A stretch of DNA of 64,000 nucleotides from contig NMRA01000101.1 of the NCBI GenBank assembly GCA_002633005.1, positions 713,804 to 777,803 on the forward strand. Reading direction: 5' to 3'. The stretch is from Phoronis australis (lineage: Eukaryota > Animalia > Phoronida). Below the pieces are notes generated by a model that had not been told where the DNA came from, ran no database searches, and saw nothing but the letters and a program-made list of their open reading frames with translations. The number at the start of each line of letters is the position of its first letter. Within the stretch, counting starts at the first letter, position 1. This document shows positions 13,901-27,600 of this stretch, in pieces. The position numbers and the translations under genes are program-made.

Positions 13901-14700
13901 ATTTTTAAATTCATTTAACGAGGTCAGTGCAATACACACAATATATGTTTTACCAAAATGCTTTTACACTATGGTCCTCAAAGATTTTAAAATCATCTCA
14001 TTCATGGTTCAATGCTTTCACCTAGCTTTCCATAATGGACAGCGAGTGCTATTTCAAAAGGATTTTAAGGGGATTCCTATGTTCAGCCTTAACCATATTG
14101 TGAGAAACGTCATGACAGCTGTGGATGCAGAGTAGGCCTACTTTTTGGAAACGAGGTCGAGATTTAAAATCTTGTTTAGACGTGCTCCACTTCAAAAAAT
14201 GATTATTTCTGAGCTATCGGCAAGCGCGGTATTGTTTGTAAATATAACTATAATATCCTTCTGTAGTTTGCCACGAAGAACTGAATTCAAACTGTAATCT
14301 TTTACTTGCGACTTACAGCTAAACGTGAGGATACCCACTGTGTATCAGTTTTGTCGCTTGTGAAAAACATTTCGTTTATTACCTCTCTGTGTCCTCCATT
14401 ATCGGCTTTCCGTCAGTTATGTTAGCTATTTTGTTATTTCAATGTTTTTGTTTTTCTTTTATGTATTTGATTTTTTAATTTATCGATCAATCTCTGCTAG
14501 TCACATTTGTCTGTTCGCCATCTTGCTTCTGTGGTTTGTTGGGTGTCAGGCTGCCAGCATTTTTGGATTACTAGTCTCTGTAATCTGCCGCTATCGGCAT
14601 CGCGGAGCCCATCCTCCAACGCCTGGTTGTCTGAAGCTGTCCAGGGCTACATCCGCGTGTCAGTTTTTCCCCACCTCGTCCCTGATTTCCCCCTTCCTCT

Positions 14701-15358
14701 NNNNNNNNNNNNNNNNNNNNNNNNNNNNNNNNNNNNNNNNNNNNNNNNNNNNNNNNNNNNNNNNNNNNNNNNNNNNNNNNNNNNNNNNNNNNNNNNNNNN
14801 NNNNNNNNNNNNNNNNNNNNNNNNNNNNNNNNNNNNNNNNNNNNNNNNNNNNNNNNNNNNNNNNNNNNNNNNNNNNNNNNNNNNNNNNNNNNNNNNNNNN
14901 NNNNNNNNNNNNNNNNNNNNNNNNNNNNNNNNNNNNNNNNNNNNNNNNNNNNNNNNNNNNNNNNNNNNNNNNNNNNNNNNNNNNNNNNNNNNNNNNNNNN
15001 NNNNNNNNNNNNNNNNNNNNNNNNNNNNNNNNNNNNNNNNNNNNNNNNNNNNNNNNNNNNNNNNNNNNNNNNNNNNNNNNNNNNNNNNNNNNNNNNNNNN
15101 NNNNNNNNNNNNNNNNNNNNNNNNNNNNNNNNNNNNNNNNNNNNNNNNNNNNNNNNNNNNNNNNNNNNNNNNNNNNNNNNNNNNNNNNNNNNNNNNNNNN
15201 NNNNNNNNNNNNNNNNNNNNNNNNNNNNNNNNNNNNNNNNNNNNNNNNNNNNNNNNNNNNNNNNNNNNNNNNNNNNNNNNNNNNNNNNNNNNNNNNNNNN
15301 NNNNNNNNNNNNNNNNNNNNNNNNNNNNNNNNNNNNNNNNNNNNNNNNNNNNNNNNNN
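14701..15358. other. Assembly gap (N run)
   Basis: 658 N. Confidence 1.
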
Positions 15359-17109
15359 GTGCCTCGAGTTTGGTCAGCTCTTGGCTCTTATAGGCTGGTG
15401 ATTGTCACGTGTCCTTAGGGGTGTTTTCTTTGTTGTGGTAACCTCGCTTTCAGTTCATCTTTGTTCCGGCCACATTGTCGTACGTTAAAAACTTATTCAA
15501 TTTTCCAACCCTCTACCTCCTAGTTTTCTTCATCCTCTCGTACCTTATATCGTCTACCTCCGTCTCCTTTTCATCTCTGGTAACGAGCTTGCGACACGCG
15601 AGTCATTTATCTATTATTCGGGACTTAGTCGATCATAAATATTCCCTTCAAAGAACTGGGGCTCGTTCCACAATGATATGTAAGTTCAAAAATTGCGTTA
15701 TAAAGTTGAACTACATTTCATTGAAAGTGGGTTGTATGGAACAAAAACGGCCTACGTCGAATTCAGTGATGTTTAATATTCGCTTTTGTATGCGATATAG
15801 CAAAAGGGTTAATGTACCAAATTCCCTTGTCTACCTACAACCACGCGTGTTGTTGACAGCGAGCTGCAACACAAAAATGCGCCTCATGAGACACGAGGCT
15901 TCAAGTCCATTAACACTTCTTTATTTATATGTACTTCGGACTAACGATCATTGACTAAAAAGCAAATTTAATTGATATTTTATCTTAAAAGATAATAGAA
16001 AGAGAAAGATAAACAGACTAAATTGCGATATTGAAAGTGGTTCTGTGCCACTGAAACAGAATTCAACCTGCTCACCATGTATTTTTTGATTTTATTCGTA
16101 ACGATTTTTAATTTCTGTTTATGTCAAAGCATTTTCTTTTAGTTTCAAATTTCAAAAAACGATATAGTCTATTTTTCTCCCACTAGGCAAAGCAAGGCAT
16201 ATACGTAGCACATTTCTCTTATATGGAAAATGTGACCTTTGACCTCAAGCAACTGAGTGTGAGCGCATGCACGCATTCATCATAAAAGGGAGGGAGTTTA
16301 GAAACTCTGTGGTTACCACAGAGTTTTTCCTTCGCGTGTATTTCAAAAATCGGGAATTTTGTGATTTTTTTCTGAAAATTTCTTCACACGGGAAAGTGAA
16401 CTACGCAGTACTCGCCCTTCTCAAAGGTGATCTTTTGCTGTTGCACTGGCAAAATGTGTCAACCTGCCCGCAAATAAATGCGTGCTTTTCTTTTCTTCCA
16501 CCACAATCTCTTTAAGAAATTGTCATTCGTAACTAAGGTTGTAGACAGAATCCGTCGGCATCAGAAACTTTGGCCTTCCTCCTTTTGTGTGGAGCATTAG
16601 CGATGACTCCAAGGCAATAAAACACTGGCTGAAATAAATCAAACTATCGTGTATTAAAACGGGTGTTTTTTCTATCATATTGTCTTCCGAAATTGAATTC
16701 TAAGTGAAAAAATAGTATTGTCGTTTGTTCCCGAAGAAATACAATAAATATTAGCCAAAATGCGATGTCATTGTTTCTGTAGTGCTAACCAAGGAAAGTG
16801 TGTTTACTGCAATGCCGGATACATAATTGGTTTCTGACCTGCGAGCGACAACAAGATTGCAAGAACAATAAAAACTTATTATCTGATCCTGTACACTGCT
16901 TTCGTCTGGAGTTGAAACTGTACGAGGTACATTTTGGACTATACCAAGAAACTGCTCATGTTAAAAAATTCCACGCATGCGAGCGCAACCTCAGCAGCGC
17001 GAGATCGAAGTTGGCATTCCAGGCTGGAGTTTTATGGTTGTACAGTAGTTAGACCTTGTCCGCAACATTTTTAAACCCTTCCCGATTCCCTCCTGTGGCG
17101 GAACCTTTG

Positions 17110-18190
17110 GACAGTGAAAAATATTTAAATCGTCGATTACCGCGTTATAACGACTTAGCTATCTTGTTATGACTTTTACAACTTGTGCCGACCCCAGTTC
17201 TGACCTATGCGCCCAACGTGGCTCATCGTGCTTTGAGACTGGCGTATTTCCGCGTATGAACCGTGTACCCCCACAGATAAAATACTTTAGATGCTACTGG
17301 AATAATAAAAAGCAAAGAAAAGGGTGATGGAAGTTGTTTTATGCAAAACTCCATTGAAACACACGATATTTAATGGAAGAATTTGCCGAACTCTGGATGA
17401 TTTTTTCTTCGATTCATTACAGCTAAGTTCGGGTCCTTGGAGCAAAATGGCACAGGGTTTGGGACAAGGCTGGACAATTGCGACGCATGTTAGACGACTC
17501 ATGTGACCAATATTGTCATTTTCTTTGATTTTGTCCCACATTTTCTGATACATATTTCTCGAAGAGTGCTCAGAAGTGAGCACAGGTTGAGAGATTTGTT
17601 ATGAATTTAAGCAACGGTCTTGCTAGGACTCATTTCATTGGCAGGTCGGGTAAAAAGTGCCCACACTTTAAGCTCACCGTAAACATGCTTTCGTGTTTTA
17701 GTCCAGTATCCATATTAAAATACCACGACTTGCACTTCAAGCATTATAAAGAAACAGTAAGTCGTACACATAAAAACCATAGGCTCATAAGTCATGTCTC
17801 CTTGAAATACAACTTTTTACTTGCGTGGATTTTTGTATTTAGTTCATTCGGTACATGGCACTACGTTATAACGTCGTTGTAACGAGATACTATACGATTT
17901 AGTGATCTCGTTATAACGAGAACGTTAAGTCGTTACAACGACGATAGCCAAGTCGTTAAAAAGAGATAGCTAAGTTGTTAGAACGAAATATCTCGTTTAA
18001 TAAGGTAGTACTTCGTTATGTCTTTTTATAATGAGTTAGCTAAGTCGTTATAACGAAATGAATCGTTTTATTTAGATAGTAGTCTGTTATTATGAGGTAG
18101 TAAGTCGTTATAACGAGACTGTATGTAGACGTAACAAAATAGTAAGTCGTTATAACGAATTAATCGACGATTTTTTATTTTTCTGTTAGA
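17110..18190. mobile_element. MITE-like element with inverted ends built from palindromic CGTTATAACG units
   Basis: 17117-17160 (gaaaaat..aaatcgtcgatta..cgttataacgactta) is the inverted counterpart of 18143-18184; tandem ~20-bp taagtcgttataacgaga units at 17860-18160. Confidence 0.7.
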
Positions 18191-21100
18191 CCTAATGCTC
18201 CATCGTAACCACATGTTAATAACAGAAACTATTGGTTGCAGGGTGTGGACGAATGAAACGTGTTTGCAGTTAGGAATAGCTTTTTACAGTTGTAGCTAAC
18301 TTTTGAAACTGCATGGATCGTATTCTAAGGGACACCTTGGACAGTCACCTTAAATAAAAACATTTTGCTGTTCTGAGAACTTCCTCAGTTTCGCTATAAG
18401 TTATACGTTGGAATCCTTTCCATAGCTAAAGGAGAATTCATTTCTAAGAGACTCCTCAGCGTACCTTTAAAGTTTACCTCACTAACAAAATTCATTCATT
18501 TCCATTATGATATGCAAAAAGATGGCAGGGTACTTTCACTGAACCGCAGCTGTAAACTGGATGGAAAAGCTTTAGCTTTCATGCGCGCACCCAGCCTTCG
18601 ATTTGGGGGGCTCGAATTCCTGACGTTGTCCTTTTAATAACAAAAAAGCGGGCGGACTAAAAAAAACGGCACCACTGTGAATTGTGCGTTTGTACCTGTT
18701 TAGTGTACTTTAAACTCATTCTCTCGTACTTTTGTTTCTCAGAGACGGACCTTTTTGCCCACTTCGCCAAATGGGGGGCTCGTTCGAGCCCCTTGAGTTG
18801 TAGGCCACCCGTGCTCATTTTTAAGCCTTTTTCCTTCTCCACAAATTGAAAAGGGATTTTTGTGATTCACCTTGGTACAGACCGCTGTTTTAGCATGTTT
18901 GACGATCCTGTTACTGTGTTGTACATTTAAATTCACTCCATAGCTAGTGTTTCTCACTCTCATGCTGACGACATTCCCACTAACAACATTTTTTCTTAAA
19001 ATCCCACATAGCGCTAATTGCGTCTAATCGAAGTTGAAACCTGCCATTGCTTTAACACAATTCTCGTTGCCCATCGATAATGAAATAGCATTCTACCGAT
19101 GCGGTCTTTTCCTCAACACTGACAAGTTTAGGCACAATTTCAACAACGTTTCCTGTCAGTAAATGTGATGACCATGTACGCTCATCGAAAACCAGAAAAT
19201 TGACGTCATATCCCCTGGCGTGCGCAGTGTAAAATGGCGAGTTGCCAGTTTTGAGAACTGAACGAGAGACTGCTCGAAGAAAAAAGTTGATAACAGGAGT
19301 ATTTCTTCGAGTTGGAACGAATTAAATTCATCGACGACCTCCTAAGGTGCCCCTCTTTGAGCAAACGGTGTTTACAGCGACATGACTTTGATGTTTTAGT
19401 CAGTGTGAGGCTTAATTCGCCGAAAAGCTTCTGGCGGATGAAGCTCCTATAGTAACCGTAAACCGTCTCTACTGGGCCAGCTAGAGGCCGTTTACGGTGA
19501 TCACTGTCTAGTGTCTCACAAGACATCATACTAGTTACCATGGTAACACTGTATAATTTAGCTTGGCAACCCCCTAAGTTTTAAGGGAGGGTCACTATAA
19601 GTACTTAGAGCATGGCTGCCCGGCTGCTAGATGTAACATGACCTTGCCGGTCAAACCTAAAACTGCCCGTGTTGGCCGGGTTACTAAATAGCAACACTTA
19701 TTATTTCGGTAAAGGCAAATTTTGCATATTTAGCTGAAAGTAAGTGATTATTTTGGGAATAATTTGTTGATTAATCGTTCAGGCTACTTGTCACAACCCG
19801 AAGGCCGCCATGTTGTGGCTATACCACTGCAACCAGGCGTGTCGTACCGTAGTCGGTTTCGTTTAACCATAATAGTGGTTGACTTGGGTTGTTTCAGCTG
19901 AAATCGCCCAATGTCGGACACACCTATAGTGCTCACATAAAGTTGTTCATTTCATTACCTAACTATTTTCACGAGTGGTTGGCGTTATTAAACGCGCTCA
20001 ACTTATAGCTATTTAATTAAATTGAACTCAATTACAATTGATAATGAAAGTGCTCATGAAGTCGTCAAAATTCACGTTATCTAGAATTTTGCTTAGTTAG
20101 AAGTGAACAAAATAATATTTTGTATTCGAGCTTAGCCCTGTAACCTCAGGAGAAGCCACTACAAAAAGAAACTGCTAGTTCTCTGTGCCGCCGTATTTTT
20201 GTAATTTTGAGGTCAGCCACTAAAAGTAGTCGAGCTCTGTTTCATTCTGTATCCTCGTTTGTCAGTTTTGGGCGTTTTACTCAAGAATGAAGATAACATT
20301 ATCATGTGTATCCTTTAGGTATAGATTTAGCAACTGGAATATGACGTGTGGTGCTGAGAATGCTGCACGCTGTGTGAAGTCCGATGGTAATGTACAGAAC
20401 TTTTTCGTCCACATGTCGATCAACTTTATTCAAACTACAGACGGGTAAGAACTTGGGAAGAAAGCATATAGAATAATTGCACACTGAAATTGTCTTTTAT
20501 TTGATGTAATTCAAAATCAACAAAATAGCATCTGTGTAGTATGGTTATATTTCAGTAAGTTGGACTAGATGCCCTTGTTACAGTGCAATGTAATTCAACA
20601 TACAGTAATGAGGTTGCATGAAAACAAATTTATGAGGAGACTGAACACTGAAATAAATATATTGGTCGACATTTGGTACTCTGTAAAACCTTTCAGTACT
20701 GAAAATATCCAGCTTTCAGGTCCCCGTAAAGGAGTTTTCATAAGCAGAAATAAAAGCCAGATTCAATGTTAGGTTGAAAATAAACGGCATAGTCTCTGAT
20801 GCCAAGCACAACCTAAATGTTTGCCTCACATTTGTCAAGGAATGCGCGGAACGTATGTCGAAGTGTCGTTTCTTGGGTTCTGTTATCATAAACTCTAGGC
20901 CTATATGTATGTATCTTTGTATGGAAGATAACTTTCAAAGTAAATAGGGGCTTCATAAGTTAGACATGTATCAAAGTTTTTGTGCGTTCTCAATCTTCCA
21001 GTTCAGTGAGCAGACCAAGGTCTGATCCTGCATGTTACACTTATGCAACATACTGCCTGCACGTCAGTGTTGATATTGAACAACTGGGTCGGCTGAACTA

Positions 21101-23913
21101 CAGTTGAAACATTTATACTTAGGGACCAAGTTATCAGAAGGCTGTAAAATCAAAATGATAGCCCCGAGAGCTTACTAAAGAACAGAAACTTGGAAATTCA
21201 TTCACATTTTAGTCTTGAACATTGCGATGTTGTGTGTGGGCGAGGAGACGGGACACCACTGAACAGCATACACATGGATTATCAAGTGAAGTGAATTACA
21301 AATACCTATAACAATTTTGAATAGCACAAGCGTTCGGACAATTTTCTAGAAATTCGTGCTGCTTGTGAACGAGTACGTGATTTACGTAGCGTTGCGTCGT
21401 TGGGCAGATAAAATCTGACACATTTCTATGATTGCACTCGGATAGATTTGCCGATGAAAGGTCAATATTCCAAGATGCTAGGTGGCTACTTATGGATGTA
21501 TTGGCCCAGGCCAGTCTCTGCACAGGAACTAGTCTACTTTATCTAAGAAATATTCAGTTTTTCCCCCGGGTCAATCGTGGAAACTTATTTAATTGTAATA
21601 TACGCTGTACTGCAATAGCCTACCAGCGTACATAAAATACAGTGCACCGAAGACATCCAATACTGGCAAGCACTGTTTCTAGCTATTTGAATATGTTTAA
21701 CATCTGAACGAAGTTCACAATGGACTCAAAAAAGCTTGAAATGGAGTGGCTGTACCGCTGTGAGTGAATGTTCGTATTCTCAAGGTCCATTTGCATTTTT
21801 TTTTTGACTCCTGCGGAACAATTAAGTTTTCAGTACGATATTGCCGAGAACGCATCGAAAAGCGTCCGTTGTAGATTTGCAGGGGTCTTTTCCACATTTG
21901 ACATTTGTTGGAACTGTTCATTCGAGTGTAGTGAAGGTGCCAGATCGCTTTTCAGTATCGAAAAATCCACCCAATATTAGTTTAAATACATAAAACAGAT
22001 AGAGCTGGACGCTACGGGAGGCACGTGCTCCTAATAAATGGGTTCATTTCGAGCGTCACTGTCGCTACCAAAGTGGCAACCGGTGGAGAATCGTATAGAT
22101 GATATCGCCTGGGAAAGCACACGAGAAATTGTGAACGGCAGTGTGCATCTGCTTAATGACTAGCTAACCCATATAATACACTTACATACAACTTGGTATA
22201 TAAATCATGCAAGACGCAGTACTTGAACATAAAATTTAGTAGTGATTTGTATTTATTACTTAACTGTATGAAAAACATTCCACCTGTCATGTTTCAGCGA
22301 GATCCTCAAGCGCAATAATTCTAAGAGGAAGGGCGGCTCTAGGTTCCTGGATCCCCTTCGACTGACGAAGCAGCAAATTGTGGCAGGACCACCGTACATT
22401 GCTACGCATGCCCTGTTCACGGCAGTCATTGTCATTTTTGTTGCTGTTTTCTTCACGATCATGAGATTTTCACCAACATTCCCTTTCCAACTTTATTAAT
22501 CGTTGTAATTTAGTGTTAATCAGGTTTAACTTGACGCAATAAATAAGTTTTCGTTCAGAAGCGCGCTAGTGCAGGTTCTCATTTTTCTTCACAGTGGATT
22601 TACTATCCAGTCGAACATCGCAGAGGGCTTGACCTGCCCAACGATTTTCAGTATGGCATGGTACCCATCCCCTTCGAAGCACCACAAGCCAAATAAAATA
22701 TGTCGAGAATGCCAGTTTCCAACTACGCTGATCTATATAGCGTCAGTTCCAAACTGCCCACATCTGCCGTAATATCCTAATTTCAACTGAACACGGACAC
22801 ATAAATCCATAGTCTTAGAGATTGTCTAGGAGTATCTACCGCCCCGTTAAAAATGTGGTTTTCTCTTCGATCTTGTCAGTTGCGACTTTGAAGTGTCCAG
22901 CTTCAGCGAAATTGCATGGCTGCGTACCACGTGAAGGCCTACGTGATACTGCGTGAAGGAATGATGAAGTCCGTAATTCGACGAAGTAATGTTCCCGGTA
23001 GATGAGGTGGATGTTTCAGTGGGTAAGAATGATGATCCAGAGTTCGTGTGCGGGCTACTGAAAGTTTTAGGGAGTAAAACGCGTCTTTAGTATCCCAAAC
23101 GTCAATGTTTGCAAACGAGGATGGTGCGAGATCCATTCTTCCCGGGCGAGTCGGACCCCCTTCAAATTTCCCGGCATAACCTTGTTTTTACAATTTGCTG
23201 GACTTCCCTCCAACTCTCAGATCAGCTTATGTGCCAACAGACTACTTTTCAACACAATGGGGCGTCAATATGTGACAGTGTTCATGACATGAAACGGTCT
23301 GAATTCCATCCATATCTTTGCGAGTTATTTTAGATGGGTAAACATGGTCTAATGTAGTATGCTATTTGGCCATGAATGTTATGGATTTTCTCCAACTTCA
23401 GTCTGTAGCTAACTTCACTGAAGCAGCGTTAATTCTTACAAGACAAGCTACTAATTGTCAAAATGACATCTGTGAGTCAGTTGGTTCTCCTAGATAAATA
23501 AATATGAACGACTGCATCACGACTTTCAGGCAAACTATTCCTTTAATAATTTGTTATAAATCAGACTAACCATTGGCTTTATGAAAAAAAAAACTAAGAC
23601 GACTACTAACGATCTCGGCAGTCACTGCACAAGTACTGACATTCTGTACTTGGTGTGTAACATCTGGAAGACTTCTTGGTAACATGTATATTTGAAGAGA
23701 GCAATGGAGCATCCACTGAACAATCACCTCGTATGTTGGCATTCAAATACATGTAGGTATGTAGGACACTGAGATACAGTATACTCAAGAAGTAATGTCT
23801 AAAACTGACATAAACTCTTTTTGGTGTTTGTTTTCCAAAAAACAAACAGTCATTCCAGGACAGAAGACTTGAAAAGTGCCCCAGGAAAGAAGATACACTT
23901 TAGTCAAAATAAA

Positions 23914-23919
23914 TTTATT
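23914..23919 (-). terminator. Putative polyadenylation signal of CLIP1 (about 0.7-kb 3' UTR)
   Basis: AATAAA on the minus strand about 690 nt after the stop, followed by U/GU-rich sequence. Confidence 0.55.
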
Positions 23920-24609
23920 CTCCAAATGACATTTGCTGGTGTTATTTAAAATTCATACATTGTATAACAGATTGGCAATAAATAACCAAACTATATATAT
24001 ATATTTCACACTTCTCAATTAAATGCAAGTTAAAGTAAATAGAAAAGGAAACAATGCCAATAGGTGTCAGTGGTGGGTTGCATAGGTTGCTCAAATAAAC
24101 TTAACAGAGTTGATTTAATAATTTAGATCACAAAAAACTATTTCACACAATCAAAGACAGTTGGCACTGTTTACTTATCTATAACAGCAATAATACTTAG
24201 TCAACATAAACAAACTAAACACTAATTCTGTGCTTAACTAGTACCCCTAGAAATTAATCTTAAATAAAATTAGGTATTAAAACATTTTAACCCCATATAC
24301 ACCTTTCATCAGCTACTAACTTGACACCCAAACAGTTGGTCACTATGAGCTGAAAATACATCAGGAACCGAGTCATACAGTCACCAGGCATTACTGCTAA
24401 AAGAATATTCTCACTTAAAACCCTAAGCTGTGTACACAGTCTCTTGATGGCTAATGGATTATCAGAATTTCAAACAACAAACAGAACATAAAAAATCCTG
24501 ACATACTGACTAGATGTCAGTGAGACAATATCAGCACCACCAGTTCACGTTACCCATATAGCTGCAGTTTGCTGAGCACATGTTTGCAGTGACTAGATGA
24601 GCCTCGTAT

Positions 24610-24656
24610 TCAAAAAGTTTCTTCAAAATCGCAGTCAGCAGTCCAATGTCCAAATG
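24610..24656 (-). CDS. CLIP1: CLIP1 terminal coding exon ([15 protein letters not shown])
   Basis: ttcacag| acceptor; completes the second knuckle; EEY/F-type tail; TGA. Confidence 0.93.
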
Positions 24657-27600
24657 CTGTGAAATAAGAATAAACAGGAAGTAAGGTTTGGGGCCAGTAC
24701 CAGATTTTCTCATAAACCTTAACTCAAAACAGCCATTTCAAGGCCAGAACAGTTATAGAGGGACAGCTTTGGAGACGACAGGATAGAGTTCTGGAGAGAA
24801 CTGGAGCCGTCGGCAGAATGAAATTTTCTGTGGCAGTGAACGCCTACCTTGAGCCAAGTGGTGCATGAAACAAAACTATCTTTAGTTTAAGGTCTGTGAT
24901 GTTTCCTGATGTTTGCATTAAGGTTGCAAAGAGCTACAATGTATTTCACGGGTGAGAAACAACATGACCGCCGGTCCTCTAAATCGGACCGACTCACCCA
25001 AACAGGACTGACGCACCTAAAAACATGACCGTCCCACCACAAAACAGGACTGACGCACCTAAAAACATGACCGCCCCACCACAAAACAGGACCGCCGGGG
25101 ACTGAGTAGTTANGTATTTGAAATAACTAATGACATTCCATATCGGTACCTGGCTGCTATACAAGTCAAGTCCAGGATTTGAGCCCAAGTATGGGCAGAC
25201 ATTTTTTCACACTTAATTACATGTCATGTGAGGTGACCAACATTTGGCGTGCGTGAAGTCTAATAAATCTTTCTTACTGAAAGTTTATGGTTTACCCAGG
25301 TTGAGCATTTAGAACATTCCAAAAAGTGTAACCATTGGTAATGAAGGTAGGCAGTTACCTCAATACCAATCAGCAAACTTTTTGTGTACTATAAACCAGA
25401 TATAAAACTGGCAACCATGAGGTGCTCTCAGCTGGTAGACCCACCTTCACAGTTGTCACAATAGGGCCGCTCTTGGCCACGCTGACCATGGTATTGGGTG
25501 GGTGGGGGACTATCTGACATGGCCTGCTCTGGACAATCTTCAGTGTCGTGTTGATCAAACATGTCACAGATATCACAGTAGAGGCGCGGAGGAGCTCTAG
25601 CAACCTCGCCACTGAAAACAAACAGGGCAAGGCTCTCAACATACTAAAATATGACATCTGTATGACAACTATGCAATTTTGTACTGTTTCAAATGATTTC
25701 GGTTACGATGATACTCAGAAGGGTTTCACTTTTGGCTTTCATCCTATTTCTACATTTTTTGTAACAAAGCCAAGAAGTAATGAAAGCGCAGAACTTTTTT
25801 TCAATATATCCACCTAATTAGTAAAAATTGGACCCTGGCTTTTTTTCATAGCAACCACAAAAAGTGAAATTCATGTCAGTTCAAGAGGCACCATCCCCCA
25901 AACTAATGGCCCTAAAACCAAACAAGTTGCAGAACTCTGAAGAAATTCTTTGTACATCCAGAGTCACCTTTGAAATGCAACCCACAGATGACACAGGTCA
26001 GGTGAAAAATTAATCTTGCTTCTCAAGTTACACCCAAGCTGTCAATTCGTACTACATCCCTTTTCATGTGCAAAAAAAGCTGCATAGCCCAATTTCTCAA
26101 GTTTCTAAAATCCCCAGTTCTTTGTAATGGTACACATGCCAGTCTCTCAAGATTCTGAAAACTAGTCTCTTGTGATGCTATAAACCTCAGTTTCCAATAC
26201 TTTAAATCCCTCCAATGTAATGCTAACAACATCACTCTCACATCATAGACCATTGTCTCCCCTGTCACCATAAACCTTGTGTTAACTCCCACCTCACGTT
26301 TATAAACTACAGTATCTCCTGTGTATCCTCTCACCTTGCATCCAGACTATCGTCCATAGACCCATTCTGCACACTCTCCCCAGTCACCATGACCTGAAGC
26401 TGTCTCTGTAGCTCTTCATTCTTACTCTGCAGGTCAGCGATGACTGAGTTGAGGAAGTCTGTCTGACTCTCGGCTTCTTCTTTCTCCATCTTGTACTTAG
26501 CTACCAGACTGTCTCCCTGACCTAAGTCAACTAAAGAACAAGCAAATGTCTCTTTGACACTGCATGTGGACCTCAAATAATATCATTAAGGCTTCAGGAC
26601 AAAAAGCAATAAGTTGTCAACTTCAAAATTAATACAAGGCACTTTCCAGAATAACACAGCACCCTCTTCAATTCTGTAGTATTTACCCACAATGCTGCCT
26701 GCGCATACATGTAAGTAGCATCATTACTTTACACATACAATAGTTTTGACTTTTTTCATTTTCATACTATTTAAGCTTTACCATTAAGTGATTTGAACAA
26801 TTGGTAGACAAACATTTGACGGCCTGGGTAAGGTACATTCTTCACTTGTCCAACTCTGTTCAGAAGTGTTAGAGGGCTTATTTTTTAAAACTACAGGTCA
26901 ATGATAGAAAGCATTTTCTATTTCTGAAAAGGAGGATAGTTGACTAGCCTGTGGCAATTGCAACAAATTTACCAATCAATGAACTCCATAATAAAAACAG
27001 GAATGCTAAAATGACATTTATGTGACAGAGAAGAACTATCAAGACATTTGGAAGACATACAGATTAAAATAATGCTTGATAAATACAGTTGCCACTAGTT
27101 GTAGCCGAATTTATCCAAAATTATCCTCAACCATCATCACAAGCATAGGAATACACCACACAAATTTCCCATAGATTCTACAAAGGTTTTGGAGATACAG
27201 ATGAAATTTAAGGTTATTCAGAGCGCTAGAAAAATGTTCAATTGTAGCTAACTTCAAAATATATCTCGCATATACCTGACCAAATTCATACAAAACTTTC
27301 TAACACCATGCTTTAGACTGTTCTCCAACAACCTGTCGGGAATATTTTATAAAGTGCTTCGTTTTTGCAGGAGTGCCTATCAAAAGATACGACTTTTATG
27401 ATTTTTATGAAAAAAATAACAGAATTACTCCCTTGTCAGCATCTTCTTGAGCTGTTCAGCCAGGTTTGTTTACATTATTGCTTCAACTGAACAATTTCAA
27501 ATTAAAGTCTAGGTCAGGCAGATGAGTCTCCAAGTGAGCTTGTCTATCCTAAATGTGTGCTTAGCACTTTTTGTCCTACTCAACTATGTCCCCACCTACC

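Noticed and set aside
14442-15418. Long ORFs of 303 and 319 aa
   Set aside because: Open only because they run through the N gap.
22230-23420. Coding-like stretch on the minus strand downstream of CLIP1
   Set aside because: Multiple stops in the frames I read, and no recognisable motif or splice structure.
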